Shown: positions 50,217 to 61,760 of the stretch, one piece after another
How the letters are laid out: every line of letters starts with the position of its first letter
How positions within the stretch are numbered: the first letter of the stretch is position 1
Assembly (NCBI GenBank): GCA_030390025.1
Contig: CM059431.1
Location: 132,992,001-133,056,000, forward strand
DNA length: 64,000 nucleotides
Origin: Squalus acanthias
Lineage: Eukaryota
Direction: 5' to 3'
Made by a program: the position numbers and the translations under genes
Notes under the pieces: generated by a model
Seen by the model: the letters and a program-made list of their open reading frames with translations, nothing else
Databases searched by the model: none
What the model was told of the DNA's origin: nothing

Positions 50217-50789
50217 GTGGGAGAAGATCACACTGAAGTTGAGGAGGAAGCACAGACGAGTCACTGAGTAATGGTGTGGGCTTTGGCCTCTGCCCCTAAA
50301 ATGGCTGGTCAGCTGCCTAAAAGTTAAAATCTGCTCGCTGATTTCTCATCCCTAGCATCATCCCAGTGAATCTATGCTGTATGCTCTCAGTGGGTTTAAT
50401 GTTCCTTCAATAACAGGATGCCCAAAACTTCACACATTACTCTAACTATAGCCTAACCATTGTTTTGTACAAATCCATCAATACTTCTCTGCTCTATTTA
50501 TGTTTAAATGTCAGTTCTACGGTTGATTTTGAGGGCAATGTGCAATGCAAATTAAAAGAAAATTATTTCTTCAATAAAATAAACAGAAAGAAATATTCTC
50601 TCGTATTTAAGTAATTAAAGTAATTGTGAGTATATTAATATTACCGCGTGCTTAGAGTTGGCTATGAAATTGGGGCCTGAGGATGTGCAAGGTGTTATAT
50701 AAATGCAGGGGAGGCATCAAATGATAGACCTCCATGGATAAACTGAAATTTATCAGGAAACATATACAGACTAGACTAACACTGGTAAA

Positions 50790-51200
50790 GAAAATTGTGA
50801 GCAATATAGAAACTGTAGTGCGGAGGTGAAGAGAGTGACTACAATGTCTATAAAGTAATATAAATAAAGGTCAGCAGGTAATGTAAAAGGAAATAGTAAG
50901 GGTTTTTATAAGCATATTAAAAGGAAACGTATAGTTAAAGAGAGGGTAGGATCTCAGCGATGAGAGGGAATCTAGTTGTAGAGGATGACGATATGGCAGA
51001 GATATTAAATAAATATTTTGCATCAGTGTTTATAAATGATAGTGGAAGTGGAAAAGTAGGTGTACTAGAGGACCAAGCTTTTGGTCAAGTGTCCTAATAT
51101 CTCCTTATGTGGCTCGGTGTCAAATTTTGTTTGATAATCGCTCCTGTGAAGCGCATTGGGACATTTTACTATGTTAAAGATGCTCTATAAATGCAAGCTC
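50790..51200 (+). repeat. Old CR1 ORF2 linker fragment (50790-51070) joined to an L2 3' tail (51070-51200)
   Basis: NVKGNSKGFYKHIKRKR and MAEILNKYFASVF, then an L2 tail matching 9790-9900. Confidence 0.7.
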
Positions 51201-51354
51201 TGTGATCTAGGGCATTCCAAATCCTAACCATCTTCTGCATAAAATAATTTTCTAACCTCTTCCTTCATTCTTTTGGTTATGATCTGAAATTCATGCCCTC
51301 TAGTTAATGATTCACCATGCAATGGAACTAGTATTTCTCTGCTTATCTTATCAT

Positions 51355-51770
51355 AAAATTGAGAGGTCGCACAACACCAGGTTATAGTCCAACAGTTTTA
51401 TTTGAAATCACAAGCTTTCGGAGCTATCGATTGCTCCTTCCTCAGGTGAAGTAAATTAGATACAGAATCGCCAAAGCATATATAGATAGAGAACAAAGCA
51501 TGTGTACCTTACAATTGCAGACCACTAAATTAAATCATCCTGACTATCTGCCGAGGTGTGATAAAGTTAATTAAGTCAGCCAGGAAGGTACCACATCAAA
51601 GACATAGCAAGATACAACTGAGACAATGAGGTGTAGTCGCAGGGGTTCTAACGTGTCAAAAGCTGCCGTCTGTATGTAAAACGAAAAGCTTTAAAATTTT
51701 TACTTTTTTACTGGGAAAATTTTTACTTTTTTACTGGGAATCACATCTGTGAACAAGATGTGATCTGTGT
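51355..51770 (-). mobile_element. Fragment of a second, probably Penelope-like, family inserted in an old CR1 3' end
   Basis: Carries the hammerhead and shares sequence with 27270-27354. The flanks 51200-51350 and 51770-51950 join as a degenerate minus-strand CR1 3' region. Confidence 0.6.
51408..51449 (-). ncRNA. Apparently intact minimal type I hammerhead ribozyme
   Basis: UCAC-CUGAGGA-A-GGAGC(aaucgaua)GCUCC-GAAA-GCUU-GUGA: full core, 5-bp stem II, 4-bp stem I and palindromic AGCU stem III. Predicted cleavage after CUU. Confidence 0.85.
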
Positions 51771-52759
51771 TAACCCTTCATAATTTTGAACACCTCCATC
51801 AGATATCCTCAACCTTTTCTGTTTTAACCAAAAGAGCCCCAGTTGTAGTCTCTCCCTATAACTAAAGTCTCTGATGTCTGGTATCACCTTAATAACGCTC
51901 TTCTGTCTGCTCTCCATAGCCTTGACATTCTTCCTAAAATAGGATGTTCAATAATCCACTGCTTTGTGTTTAGTCCCTTGAGTACAGGCAGTTCCAGTTA
52001 ATTCCATGCTCCTTGGGCTAGCCAGCTGTTTTCTCAGCTGAGCCATGCAACACTGAAACCAGTTCTAATACGACAGTTGTCAAACGCTGCATTATTACAG
52101 TAATATTAATTTTGTGCTGCTAAAGTACACACAAAAGTTACATTAAAGTTAAAAGCTTCAAAAATGTTACTTTTACCTGCCCAGCCTTTCTTTTTTTACC
52201 CATTTCTTCTTTCTCCTATTTTTAACTTTTGTTCCGAGCAAATCTTATTCAGGTCCCTTTATAAATTTAAATATATTACTTAACTTTTTCCCTAAGCCTA
52301 CAGAATCAAACTGTCCATTCTTGAAGTGGGATCAACATTGTTTACTGTTAGCCTCTGGTTGAAAACCAGCTCCAAATCCCATTTTCTCAGCTAATTAAAG
52401 CCCAGGATTTAAAAATTGACTTGGTCGTATTACGGAAGCCATCATTCAATTTTGATATTTTTATGAGCCAACCTTAAAGTATTACTACTTGATAGGTTAT
52501 GATGTTGGCAGCCCTGACAGCGGGATCATGTCCCAATAAGGTCATTTCTCTTTGTGGATTGTCCAAGGATTAATCCTATGTGTAAAATGTAGTCCAATAG
52601 TAATTACAATATAAGGTACATTATCAAAAAATGATGTACCAGTATCATTAACACAGATCAGTAAATAGGCCAAGTTTGTTTCATGGACATCCTCTAAGTA
52701 GGTTTAATAACAATTTAGTCAGAAGTATGTGTGAATTGAAGTTTCCTGCTCGAGTTGGA

Positions 52760-54142
52760 TGCTGTTTGAATCCCTCCAATCAGGATTCCACTCCTGCCAC
52801 AGTACTGAAACGGCCCTTATCAAAGTCACAAATGACATCCTATATGACTGTGACAGTGATAAACTATCCCCCTTCATCCTTCTCGACCTGTCTGCAATCT
52901 TTGACATGGCTGACCAGTCCATCCTCCTCCAACGTCTCTCCTCCGTCGTCCAGCTGGGTGGGACTGCCCTCGCCTGGTTCCATTCTTATCTATCCAGTCA
53001 TAGCCAGAGAATCACCTGCAGTGGCTTCTCTTCCTGCTCCTGCACTGTTACCTCTGGTGTCCCCCAAGGATCTATCCTTGGCCCTCTCCTATTTCTCATC
53101 TACATGCTGCCCCTCAGCGACATCATCCAAAACACATCAGGTTCCACATGTACACTGACGACACCCAGCTCTACCTCACCACCACCTCTCTCAACCCCTC
53201 CACTGTCGTTGATTTATCACACTGCTTGTCCAACATCCAGTACTGGATGAACAGAAATGTCCTCCAAATAAAATTAGGAAGACTGAAGCCATTGTCTTCG
53301 GACCCCGCCACAAATTCTGTTCCCTAGCCATCGACTCAATCCCTCTCCTGGCAACTGTCTGAGGCTGAAACAGATCATTCACAAACTTGGTGTCGTGTTT
53401 GACCCTGTGATGAGCTTCCTACCACACATCCGCTCTTTCACCAAGACTGCCTATTTCCACCACTGAAACATTATCTGATTCTGCCTCTGCCTCAGCTCAT
53501 CGGCTACTGAAACCCTCATCCATGCCTTTGTTACCTCTTGACTATTCCAATGCTATCTTGGCCGTCCTCCCATCTTCCACCCTACATAAACTTGAGCTCA
53601 TTCAAAACTGTGCTACACGTATCCTAACTCGCACCAAGTCCCGTTCAACCATCATCCCTATGCTCACTGACCTACAAGAAAGGAGGGAGAGAGAAAACGG
53701 AACTACAGGCCAGTTAGCCTGACATCAGTCGTCGGGAAAATGCTGGAATCCATTCTTAAGGAAGTGATAACAGGGCACTTCGAAAGTCAATATGGTTTTA
53801 TGAAAGGGAAATCATGTTTAACAAATTTATTAGAGTTTTTTGAGGATGTAACTAGCAGGGTAGATAAAGGGGAACCAGTGGATGTAGTATATTTGGATTT
53901 CCAAAATGCATTCGATAAGGTGCCACATAAAAGGTTGTTACGCAAGATAAGGGTTCCCTAAACCCCTCTACCTTTCTCCTCCTCCTTTAATATACTCCTT
54001 AAAATCTACCTCTTTGTCCAAGCTTTTAGTCATCTATCCTAATATCTCCGTATGTGGCTTGGTGTCAAATTTTTGTTTGATAACGCATCTGTGAACATTT
54101 TACTACGTTAAACATGCTATATAATGCAAGTGTTTGTTGTTG
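52760..54142 (+). mobile_element. L2 LINE (RT to 3' end) interrupted by a CR1 fragment
   Basis: QSGF..HSTETAL.KV.ND, LLDLSAIFD, GVPQGSILGPLLFLIYMLPL and an L2-type tail at 54040-54142. Confidence 0.92.
53676..53952 (+). mobile_element. Internal CR1 RT fragment inside the L2
   Basis: [48 protein letters not shown], with no CR1 3' tail. Confidence 0.88.
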
Positions 54143-54153
54143 TTGGGGATATA

Positions 54154-54746
54154 GAGGGAATTTTCACATGATAAAATGGGTGGGTTGGAGGTGGGGGGGG
54201 AAGTTAAAGCTTTAAAAATCTAAAACCCGACCCCAACCTGGCCCCTTTCACCGTATACTCAGACGGGACGGAGGGTGGGCAGCCAAACCACTGCCAGGAG
54301 GCGAGTTGGCATTTTAAACATTATAATGAGGCCTGAAGCCTCTGCTTTAACTTGCTGTGCAGGTTTTACTGAAGGTGGCCGGGGATCCAGGCACTCGAGA
54401 TTCCCAATAGTTGCAGCGAGGCGGGCACAGCCTCGGGGAGCAATCCTTGTGGGCCGAGAGGAGCGGGAGTGCTTCTTCCCAGCTCCCCAAGTTCACCCAC
54501 CAGCAGCCCGCAACCCCTCCCCCCCCCCCCCGGGGTCGGGGTTCAGACCCCCCCAGGATCACAACTCAGCCCCGGGGTCGGGGATTGGACCCCTCCGGGA
54601 TCGAACCCCACCGGACCCCGCACCTACCTGGTCCTGCGGCCAGTTAAAACTCCACAGTGTGTGGGGATACCTGGAGCTCCAGGTTTCCCGCGGTCTACCA
54701 GTCTCACCCTACTCTGAGCGGATGGGAAACTACAAAATCTAGTCCA
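54154..54746. mobile_element. GC-rich non-autonomous TIR element (Harbinger-type, decayed)
   Basis: Ends gagggaattttc and aaaatctagtcc. Subterminal gggtgggttgg/aaacccgacccc motifs resemble other Harbinger ends. Internal duplication of cccggggtcgggg. Confidence 0.5.
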
Positions 54747-56280
54747 TCATGTCAATAACCTATTGGTTAAAGTTCTTTTTTGCTTGCTGAAGTCATCTGA
54801 TTATGGGCTTCCAGCCTTATTAGACCTATAATCACATTACAACTCCCGACATGCTTAGAAGACTTCACTACAACATAGTCTTAAGACGATGCTTTGCTGA
54901 AGTTTAGAATTGCATAATGTAAATTTTAAATAAATGTTATAAATTTTATAAAAATATTATAATACAAGTAAATATGGTGCCACACTGTATGGTAATAACT
55001 GAACTAGCACTATCTTTATTAACAATATAGAATGTTTGAAATTGTTCTTGCTTGAATGTGCATCTATTAAACAGTACAAAGTGTACAGACTGAGGGTGTT
55101 TACTGCATGCCCTAACTGTGTGCCAGACAGTCAGGCAGTGGCAAAGTCATTAACAAGAGATGCTTATAGTGGTTTGTTTAACAGCAGTAAGGCAAAACTG
55201 TCTGTCTGACCTAACCTACAGCCAGTCATCATTAGATACTACAGACAAGTATCATACCCACCCGTAATCAATGAATAAAACAAAACTGCTGTAAGCCTAG
55301 CATTAAAACAGAATGTACGTGCTATGTTAATCATATGTCCTCATTCTTGGAGCCTCCTTGGCTTTGCCTGAGGGAGTTTTTGGGTTTGTGCTGTCAAATT
55401 ACCCCGATCAGGAGAAAAGAGAACTACATCACCAAAGTTACTGTACATGCTTTACTGAGTTCTGAACCTGACAAAAATGATTCCATTTGTTCCGCTGATA
55501 GTGAACGTAACAATTTGTGTTAATGATTCTTGTTTTGAACTGCTATGTGAGTGTAATTCTTCAAAACATACGCAGAGACATTAGTCATTAATGCTGTCTG
55601 GTAACTTGTACTGGTGAACTTGAAAGAGAAGAGTAAATGGATTGTGCAAATGGACCTGTTTAGCAAGTTGTTTGGCCTAATTTGTAAATTGGTAAAATAT
55701 TGAGTTTGAGGGTTTGAAAGAATTCTAGTAATAGAAATTTAGTCACTCATAATTATTCATGTTATCACAATCACATTAATATCAATAATAATACATAAAT
55801 ATTATCCTTTAATGTTATGTTTGTAAATTAAGTTTTGATGAACATGCTACATTAGTTTGATTCAGCACATTGATGCTTTCTTTGTTAATAATTTAACAGC
55901 AACGCCAGAAATTTCCTTAGGGGTCTCCTGATTGGCTGCCGTAACTTTAGTGGGCGATCGGCGGAAACCCTGGATAAATGGGGCTTCCACTGATCTTCCA
56001 TTGAGATTATGGTGACTGATCAGGAAAACTCCTGGGGAAATTCCAAGCATTAGTCTTTCTGCTTGTCTGCCATGCAGTTGTAGTATTCAATGGTGCAGTA
56101 TAAATCCCTTGCTATGGCCGCGATTTCGCCGGCCAAGGCGGGTTCAGGGCGGGAGAGGTCGTTGTCGGGATACAGTCCCGCTGTCTACTGAAGCCCGCTT
56201 GAAAAAAAGGATTTTACGTTAATGGGCCTTGTTAAGCCCGCCTGTCGCGTTCCCCGACCCTATTAGAAAGTGCGGGTCAG

Positions 56281-56323
56281 GTGACGTCAGCGCTGACGCT
56301 TCTCTTGTCGGTTTATTTAAAGG
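56281..56323 (+). promoter_or_regulatory. Putative promoter of the Myb gene: CRE palindrome plus TATA-like box
   Basis: tgacgtca at 56282-56289, a half-site tgacgc, and tatttaaa at 56313-56320, about 80 bp upstream of the ATG at 56398. Confidence 0.5.
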
Positions 56324-56397
56324 GCCCATGGCCCCACCTCATTCCACTTCCTGAATTTAAAACAACAATTGCTGAGATAGCTTGTTCAACTCCAAAA

Positions 56398-58273
56398 ATG
56401 AGCTCACAAAGGCAGAGGGCTGCACCTCGATTCAGTGATGACTCCCTCCATGTTCTTGTGGAGGGAGTCAGAGCACGCAGGGAGGTTCTCTTCCCTGCCA
56501 GTGGACGGAAGAGACCTCCCCAGGAGACTAAGGCAGCCTGGCTGCAAAGAGCTGAGGAGGTAACGGGCAGGTGTGCGATGATGAGGACCTGGCTTCAGTG
56601 CCGCACGCGTTTTCATGATCTTCTACGATCTGGAAAAGTGAGTATAAAGCCACACTTACCTTCATGCTGCTGTGTCTGTTATCACTTCCCCATCACTCAG
56701 CATTTCCAACTCTACTCCTGCACAGCGCAACTCAATGCAACATCCCTTGCACCTTCAGCCATCCTTCTCTATCTAGCTACATTATTGCATCTAAATCTTA
56801 CTATGCACCCCGAACACTCACCCTCATCCTAATGTAATGACACCAACTAGCAACACTAAAGGATGCGACTTGTTACATCCACCCCACTCCATTATAGTCT
56901 CCCTATAAAGATCTCACACATCCATTCATTACACTCATTTCATCACTCTCACTCAACCTTCTCTTCTTTCCCTCCTTGCAGGAGAAGAGAGCCCACAACG
57001 ACAGGAGGTGGCCCTCAACCACTGGCCATTCTGACTCTTGCAGAGGAGACTGCCCTGGAGATCACTGGAGCGGTGGATCAGCCGGAAGTGGGGGCCGGAG
57101 AGAGGGGCTCATCAGAACAACCTAGTGCCAGAATCATTTCCCATACACCCACATGTCATTCATCAGTCACTCATATTGGGGCTGATGTCAACAGGAATTG
57201 ATTGCTCATAATGTACTTATTGGTATCTGTATGCAATGGACATATCATATACCTAACATGTCTTTACTCTCCCACAGGTCCAACAAGAGCCCCCAGCCAA
57301 TGTCCATGAGGAACATCAAGAGGACTCCTCAGAGGAGGCTCCAGCCTCTGAGTGTGCAGCGTCACCTCTGACAAGGCAAGTCAGCACCAGCGCAGATATA
57401 ATCACCTCGGTAGGTCGTACACGAGATAGAGTAGTGTTGTCACCTGGTGTCTCACAAGTCACAAGTGAGCAAGAGGAGGTGGTGGAAACAGGGACAGCAG
57501 TGGAGACTCCTTGCCGGAGGGCACAGGAGTCTCCTAGCTCTGCTCAACTGCATGCAGACACTGAGCCTCGGGGGCCATCAACGAAGAGGGCGGTCCTGGA
57601 GCTGGAGCAACAAGTGCAGGAGGCTCTGACAGGTTTTGCAACCGCGGTGACTGCGACAGACATCTCAAGCGTGACCAATACCGTGGCGCACGCACTTGCG
57701 ACTGTTGTTTCCTCCATGGATAGGATGGCAACCTGCATGGAGGACATAATACGCCAGTCGCTTGAGCAAATGGTCTCAATTCAAAATAGATGGGCATCTA
57801 TGGAGGATAGATGGGCATCTATTGAGGAGAGAAACCAGAGGCTCATAGACGCCCTTGCTAGGAGGAATGTCAACGTCGACACGGGTCCTCATGGCCCCAC
57901 TGATGTGCAGCAAGGTGCTCTCCAGCTCTTTGCTAGCAGAGAAGTGCGGGTGACCCATGAGAGGGATGATGGTGGGAGGGCACATGCAAGTGGAGGCTCC
58001 TCTCCAAGCGCTCACATTTCAAGCCCCTTGCCTACCCCTCAGTCAGAGCCCCAGATTCATCCATGGACAGCGATGGCCGAGTCTGCCACTGCACAGATGC
58101 AGGAGGAGGACACTTTGGCGGGGCCCACACAGGCTCTAAAACCCAGAGGACGACCACCAAAGGCGTCTAAGCAGATGCAGCAGGGAAGTGAGCAGGCTCC
58201 CTCTACCTCTGCTGAAGCCACAGGGGTTGCACCACGTAGAAGCACACAGAAAAGAAAAATGCCACACAAATAG
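56398..58273 (+). pseudogene. Myb/SANT partner gene of copy 5 (exons 56398-56637, 56982-about 57124, 57278-58273)
   Basis: APRFSDDSLHVLVEGV..KAAW..AEEV..RTWLQCRTRFHDLLRSGK then gtgagt. Acceptor ccttgcag before EKRAHN..TGGG, acceptor cccacag before exon 3. Small frameshifts present. Confidence 0.9.
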
Positions 58274-58561
58274 AGTCACAGGGGTATTCACTTGGTTGTT
58301 TCTTTCAATGTTATTGACAAGTTTCTGTTAAAGTGATGTTGTCCATTAAATCTTTACATGCGTGACCTTTGTGGTTCTTGGCAAATGTATGTTGACACTT
58401 GGAAGTGGCAGAGTGGATGGTCAGGGATACTTTAATCTCCATCAATGGTGGTGACATTGAAAAGATAGGACTGGCCATTGTAGGGATGGTTAATGGTGTT
58501 GATGTGGGCTGATGCCAATGTGGCAATGCATGTGGCAGCCACATGTCTGATTTGCGTGAAC

Positions 58562-59812
58562 TTAACTAAATCTGGCCATGATGAGGTGATTCCTGGATTC
58601 ACGGGCAGCAATGTGGTCGTGTACTGGTGGCATTTGTACTGGCGGCTGCTCAAGGTCTTCATCATCCTCGTACTCAAACTCATGCTCCTCCTCCTCGTCC
58701 TCCTCCTCGAAGTGGCTGTGCGCTCTGCGCCTTCTTCCTCCAACATCGCTAATCCTCGCTGCTGCGCTATGTTGTGCAGGGCGCAGCAGACCACAACAAT
58801 TCTGGAGACCTTGGCTGGTGCTGTACTGCAGGGCTCCTCCTGATCTGTCCAGGCATCTGAAGCACGTTTTCAGTGTGCCTATTGTTTGCTCTATGACACT
58901 TCTGGTGGATATGAGGCTTTGATTGTAATGTTCCTCAGCCTCATTTGTTGTCCTCCTCAAAGGTGTCATCAGCCACGTCCTTAGTGGATAGTCCTTGTCG
59001 CCAAGCAGCCAGCTGGAAAGACTGTTTGGAGGTCAGAAGAACTGAGGAACGGTGGATTGGTGCAGAATGTAGGAGTCATGGCAGCTCCCAGGGAACTTGG
59101 CGCACACATGGAGAATGATCTTCCTATTGTTGCAGACCAGCTGCACATTGAGGGAGTGGAAGCTGTTGTGGTTGATAAACACTGCTGGGTTATGATGGGG
59201 TGCCCTGATGGCCACATGTGTGTAGTCGATTATGCCCTGCACCCGTAGGAAGCCAGCCAGAGCCGCAAAGCCAACCGCACGCTCAGCAGCACTGGCTTCA
59301 TCAGTTGCAAAGTTGATATAATTTTCTGACTTGTCAAATAGGGCATCGGTCACCTGCGTAATGCATCTGTGTGCAGCCGACTGCGAGATGCCGCAAATGT
59401 CTGCTGCAGATCCCTGGAAGGAGCCTGAGGCGAAGAGGTTGAGGGCAAGGGTAACTTTCACAGCTACTGGTAAGGGGTGTCCACCCGCTCCTCTGGGCTG
59501 CAACTCTTGCTCCAGCAATCTGCAAATGTCCGCCACGTCCTGGCGCGATAGCCTGAGCCTCCGTTGGCACTGCTGCTCAGTCATGTTGAGGAAGCTCATC
59601 CTCTGCCTGTGTACCCTGTGTTGAGGGTATCGCCTCCGGTGAAGTCCAGCCCTGCGCTGAAGCCCTCTGCCCTGTGTAGCATCAGGTGGTTGAGGCGAAG
59701 GTTGGCGCTCTTGCTGTTGTTGTGGCTGCTGGGGTGCCTGGTTCTGCTGGTGTTGGGGCTCATCGTGGTCAGATTCTGAGGACCAAGGTGAGAGAGTGTA
59801 AACCGTACCCAT
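58562..59812 (-). pseudogene. HARBI1-like Harbinger DDE transposase with frameshifts near 59040 and 58820
   Basis: Gln-rich N-terminus, [70 protein letters not shown] and a poly-Glu tail. Confidence 0.93.
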
Positions 59813-61429
59813 TCTGATGTAATGGATGGCAGGCGACAGAGAGATGACAGAAGCAAATCCGTCAATAGTGAGAGAGGTTGTTCCAATGAGGTGTCACTGG
59901 ATAGAGAGTTGGCTCTAAAGGCTTGCAAGCTACAGAAAGCTCTATATGTCTTACAAATGCAGTAACCAACAGTTTCTGAGCTCTGAAACTGAACATCTGC
60001 AACTTGTATCCTTTATACCACTTCTGCAGCTGTCAGGTAATCAGATAAATCAAAGCAGACTCAACTCACGACAGGGTGAGCTGTCGTGTTCCCCAAGCAG
60101 TGGGTAATCCATGGGGGAGCACATAAAATTAGAAGGTAGGCTCAAAATAGCATTAAATTGGCTTTTAACAAGCCATTTAATGATATAAACTGTCTCCCCC
60201 GCCGTTTGGTGTCGGGTCAGTTCTCCGCTGACAGACCCGACACCTGGGAGACTCGTGTGGAGGCGGGTTGACAGCGGGTTTCCTACCCGCTGTCCATCTT
60301 TGCTATTTTGACAGCTGACCCGCCTCTAAACCTGCCCTCTGAGCGCTGGCAAAATCCAGCCCTTTATGTTGTTTCTAAACGTAAAAAAAGTTACATTTTA
60401 CCTTTGTCAAGATGAGGGACATTAGTTGAACACTTTCCAATTACCCCCAGTGTCAGCGTCAAACACTAATGTCACGTATAGCACTATTGTATACAGAGTA
60501 AACCTCCTTCTGCACTGCCCAACGATATGCCTCAGTTCCAACCCATGAGACCCTCTAATGCCCTGATGTAACATTTTCCATTCCCCACACTAGCCATCCT
60601 ACAGTCTCTTTGAATCAGATTTCGAATTCAGGATTGTTTTGTGCTTTGTTCCTACTGCACTGAAACAAGCTTGTGCTTTCCTTCTTGATAATTCTCTGCT
60701 GCCAGTAAGTCTTTCAGCCTGTCCTTCATCCAGTAGTGATATCCAGTAATACAACACAAATGTTTTGCATTATGTGATTTCTACACATTACTTTATTAAG
60801 CGTCTTTTCCATTTTAACTTTTTTTTGCAATAAGCAAGATGATTTACCACTGTAAACTATTCCAACAAGCAGTAACCTAAGGAACAAATGCCTATCAAAT
60901 TGACCATGGGACAGTTGTCACCATGCCTTTCATGTATATTTTCTAAGTTTCCCCTGCTTACTTCTCACATAATTCCATCTCTCACCAAAAATTACCCACA
61001 GTGGAAAAGGTGGGACAGATGTGTTGCAGATTTGCCTACGACTGTCAGTGACTAACAGGATGTGATTCAAGTCAGCATGGTAGGTTCTGATAGTTTCCCC
61101 TCCACCACCCACAAAAATGTGAATGCAATATCATGTGGGGGAGACTGATTTATAAACACAATTATTATTTTACCAGAGGAACTCTGACAGCATTAACAAA
61201 AATTGGTAACCTGTTTAACTTCACAATCAGTGTTTTATACAGTAGTTATGTACATATTAGTGAGGCATAAACCTTTGAAAAGATCGACTTTGAACCTGTG
61301 ATTGTTGTAAACCTCAATCTGTTATTGAGAATGTTCTGAACAAAGAAGATTGCTTTTATCTGCTTTGTAAACATTTGTTAAGTGTGTGTTTTGTAAGAAG
61401 GGGGATTGTCAATTGGCTCTCCCGATGTC

Positions 61430-61760
61430 TCAGCTAACCTAGCGAGGAGCTGAGTCATGCAAACTAGGAAGGTTCAATCACTGCTTTGAGCTGAATTAGG
61501 CAACCTCAGTCCCTGAAGAAATAGGGACACTACAGTTGGGTTCAGCATCACAGAGGAAAAATCACCCAGTGTTTTGTTCCTGATTGTTATCCAGTAATTC
61601 CTACTGGAAGTGTGAGTGACAGAGTCAGACTCAGGCGTGATACCCCCCTGCAGTTAAATAGCCTGTTTACACATACTGTCGAGGCTCACACATCACAAAT
61701 AGCTACTTGCCTCTACTGGAAGGAGACCAGCATATGTGGAATTGTACCCCAGCAAGAAGG
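61430..61760 (+). repeat. Old SINE-like repeat
   Basis: Colinear degenerate similarity with 62960-63340 and 4170-4410. Confidence 0.55.

Larger units (their letters stand above)
56116..60362. mobile_element. Harbinger copy 5, structurally complete and uninterrupted (about 4.25 kb)
   Basis: Imperfect TIRs ggccgcgatttcgccggc and gctggcaaaatccagccc (13/18 match). Myb gene on + and transposase on -, convergent. Confidence 0.9.
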
